A stretch of DNA of 64,000 bases from the NCBI GenBank assembly GCA_900763875.1, contig CAAFLX010000037.1:20607-84606 (forward strand), given 5' to 3'. The translations under genes and the position numbers were made by a program. The number at the start of each line of letters is the position of its first letter. The stretch's first letter is position 1. This DNA comes from Clostridia bacterium. GTDB lineage: Bacteria > Bacillota > Clostridia > Christensenellales > CAG-917. Of this stretch, positions 61,996 to 64,000 are shown piece by piece. The notes under the pieces are model-generated. The model was not told the origin of the DNA and searched no databases. It saw nothing but the letters and a program-made list of their open reading frames with translations.

Positions 61996-63947
61996 AATTT
62001 GAACTTGTCAGCAAATTCAAGCCTACGGGCGACCAACCCGAGGCAATCGAAAAAATCGTTGAAGGTCTGAAAGACGGATTCAACACCGAAGTTTTGCTGG
62101 GCGTCACGGGCTCGGGCAAAACTTTTACTATGGCGAACATTATCGAGCGTATGCAAAAACCCACGCTAGTTATCGCGCACAACAAGACGCTCGCCGCTCA
62201 GCTTTGCAACGAACTCCGCGAGTTTTTTCCAAAAAACAGAGTGGAGTTTTTCGTTTCGTATTATGACTACTATCAGCCCGAGGCGTACATTCCGCGCACG
62301 GACACCTACATCGAAAAGGACTTGCAAGTCAACGAGGAAATCGACAAGTTGCGCAACTCCGCCACCGCGTCCCTTTGCGAGAGAGAGGACACTATCGTGG
62401 TTGCGAGCGTGTCTTGCATTTACGGCTTGGGCGCGCCGACAGACTATTTTGAAAACTCCATATCTTTGCGAGAGGGCGACGAGATTGACCGCGACGAACT
62501 TGCAAGGCGGCTTGTGGACATTCAGTACAAGCGCGCCGACGTCGATTTCGGGCGTTCCACGTTCCGTATGAGAGGGGACGTGATTGACATCTTTCCGTCA
62601 ACAAGCTCGGAAGTGGCGATTCGCGTCGAGATGTTTGGAGATACAATCGAGCGTATTTGCGAGATTGACGGCACGACGTCAAAGGTGCTGAACGAGCTTA
62701 CACACACCCTCATTTTCCCCGCGACGCAGTATGTCATAAGCGGCGACAAAGAGGCGATTTTTCGCCGCATTATGCAGGATAAGCAGGAGCGCGTCAAGTA
62801 CTTTGAGGAGAGGGGTAAACTCATTGAGGCGCAACGTATCGACGAGCGAGTCAACTACGACGTTGAGATGATGAGGGAAGTCGGATTTTGCAGCGGCATA
62901 GAAAACTATTCGAGATACTTTGACGGCAGACAGCCGGGGCAAGCTCCCTACACTTTGCTCGACTTTTTCGGCAAGGACTTCATCACGTTCATCGACGAGA
63001 GCCATATGACCATTCCGCAAATCCGCGCGATGTACAACGGCGATAGGGCGAGAAAGGACAACCTTGTCGAGTACGGGTTCAGACTTCCTTCCGCCTACGA
63101 CAACCGCCCGTTGCGATTCGAGGAATTTGACGCACGTATACGCCAGCTCGTGTGTATGTCCGCAACGCCGGCGCAGTATGAGCTTGATAGGGCGGATTTG
63201 GTTGCCGAACAAATCATCAGACCGACGGGACTTTTAGACCCCGAAATCGAAATCAAACCTATCGACGGACAAATCGACGACCTCATCGGAGAGATAAACG
63301 CAGTCGTCAAAAACAAGGGCAGAGTGCTTGTGACGACGCTTACCAAAAAGATGGCGGAAAACCTCACCGACTACCTCAAAGAGGTGGGCATCAAGGTGCG
63401 GTATATGCACTCCGACATTGACACGCTAGAGCGCATCGACATCGTGAAGGGGCTTAGAGAAGGAGCATTTGACGTGCTTGTGGGCATCAACCTTTTGCGT
63501 GAAGGTCTTGACCTTCCCGAAGTGCAACTCGTCGCCATTTTGGACGCGGACAAGGAAGGCTTTTTGAGGAGCGAGAGCGCGCTCATTCAAACAATCGGCA
63601 GAGCCGCAAGAAACGACAAGGGAAGAGTTGTGATGTATGCAGATACGATGACAAACAGCATGCAGAGGGCGTATGACGAAACTCTGCGCCGAAGAAAGAT
63701 TCAAGACGAGTACAACAAGGCGCACGGAATCGTGCCAAAGACTGTCGTAAGTTCAATCAAAAACTCGCTTGAAATCACCAAAAAGGCAGTTCATAACGAG
63801 AAATTGAGCGTTAAAGATATGATTCGGGAGATTGAACGCCTCAAAGGTCTTATGCAAGTCGCCGCCGAAAGGTTGGATTTTGAAAAGGCAATCGCAATAC
63901 GCGACGAGATGAACGACCTCAAAAAACAAATCAAAAAATTGAGCTGA
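61992..63947 (+). CDS. uvrB: excinuclease ABC subunit B
   Basis: [19 protein letters not shown], helicase motifs and C-terminal UVR domain. Confidence 0.95.
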   Translation: MKFELVSKFKPTGDQPEAIEKIVEGLKDGFNTEVLLGVTGSGKTFTMANIIERMQKPTLVIAHNKTLAAQLCNELREFFPKNRVEFFVSYYDYYQPEAYIPRTDTYIEKDLQVNEEIDKLRNSATASLCEREDTIVVASVSCIYGLGAPTDYFENSISLREGDEIDRDELARRLVDIQYKRADVDFGRSTFRMRGDVIDIFPSTSSEVAIRVEMFGDTIERICEIDGTTSKVLNELTHTLIFPATQYVISGDKEAIFRRIMQDKQERVKYFEERGKLIEAQRIDERVNYDVEMMREVGFCSGIENYSRYFDGRQPGQAPYTLLDFFGKDFITFIDESHMTIPQIRAMYNGDRARKDNLVEYGFRLPSAYDNRPLRFEEFDARIRQLVCMSATPAQYELDRADLVAEQIIRPTGLLDPEIEIKPIDGQIDDLIGEINAVVKNKGRVLVTTLTKKMAENLTDYLKEVGIKVRYMHSDIDTLERIDIVKGLREGAFDVLVGINLLREGLDLPEVQLVAILDADKEGFLRSESALIQTIGRAARNDKGRVVMYADTMTNSMQRAYDETLRRRKIQDEYNKAHGIVPKTVVSSIKNSLEITKKAVHNEKLSVKDMIREIERLKGLMQVAAERLDFEKAIAIRDEMNDLKKQIKKLS

Positions 63948-64000
63948 TATGCCAAGCCGTAGTGCATTTTGCGCAAGGAAAACAAGCCTATCGGCAAAAC

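Noticed and set aside
63953-64000. ATG at 63957 opening a frame that runs off the window.
   Set aside because: Only about 15 codons are visible and they do not resemble a UvrA N-terminus. Too little sequence to call.

Overview
64-kb chromosomal segment that looks like a spore-forming, strictly anaerobic Firmicute of class Clostridia. This is inferred from SCIFF peptide plus maturase, SpoVG, a SpoIVFB-like protease, the DUF421/DUF4363 pair, rnfCDGEAB, a clostridial 2x[4Fe-4S] ferredoxin and Rex. No search was run: all product calls come from motifs read in the translations. I support about 55 CDS, three of them below the 60-aa cut-off of the ORF track (ferredoxin, SCIFF precursor, a 46-aa coiled-coil protein). 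There are 2 tRNAs (Gln-CUG, Pro-CGG) and many intrinsic terminators and sigma-A-type promoters. I found no rRNA, CRISPR array, transposase, integrase or recognisable defence gene. Most of the window is housekeeping: pepV, rlmA, mnmM, murC, rnf, ppx, maf, minDE, glcK, RNase G, uvrB. Accessory content is three large cell-surface proteins. Most interesting observations: (1) a six-gene, apparently leaderless operon (16.3-24.6 kb) links an acyl-adenylate ligase, a GlpA/GlpB/DUF1667-type glycerol-3-phosphate dehydrogenase module, an FGGY kinase and a flavoenzyme with the HHH motif of alkyl-DHAP synthase, making it a candidate ether-lipid route in an anaerobe. (2) A GC-rich, stop-codon-poor, heavily self-complementary 0.5-kb non-coding island sits where mreC/mreD/minC normally lie; it is bounded by two terminators and by 9-bp direct repeats. 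(3) Consensus promoters repeatedly sit 6-8 nt upstream of ATGs that lack Shine-Dalgarno sequences, suggesting leaderless mRNAs. (4) Three tracts of helically phased A/T runs occur. (5) A near-perfect 122-bp tandem repeat with nested palindromes lies next to tRNA-Gln. (6) Short palindromic boxes recur in several intergenic regions.
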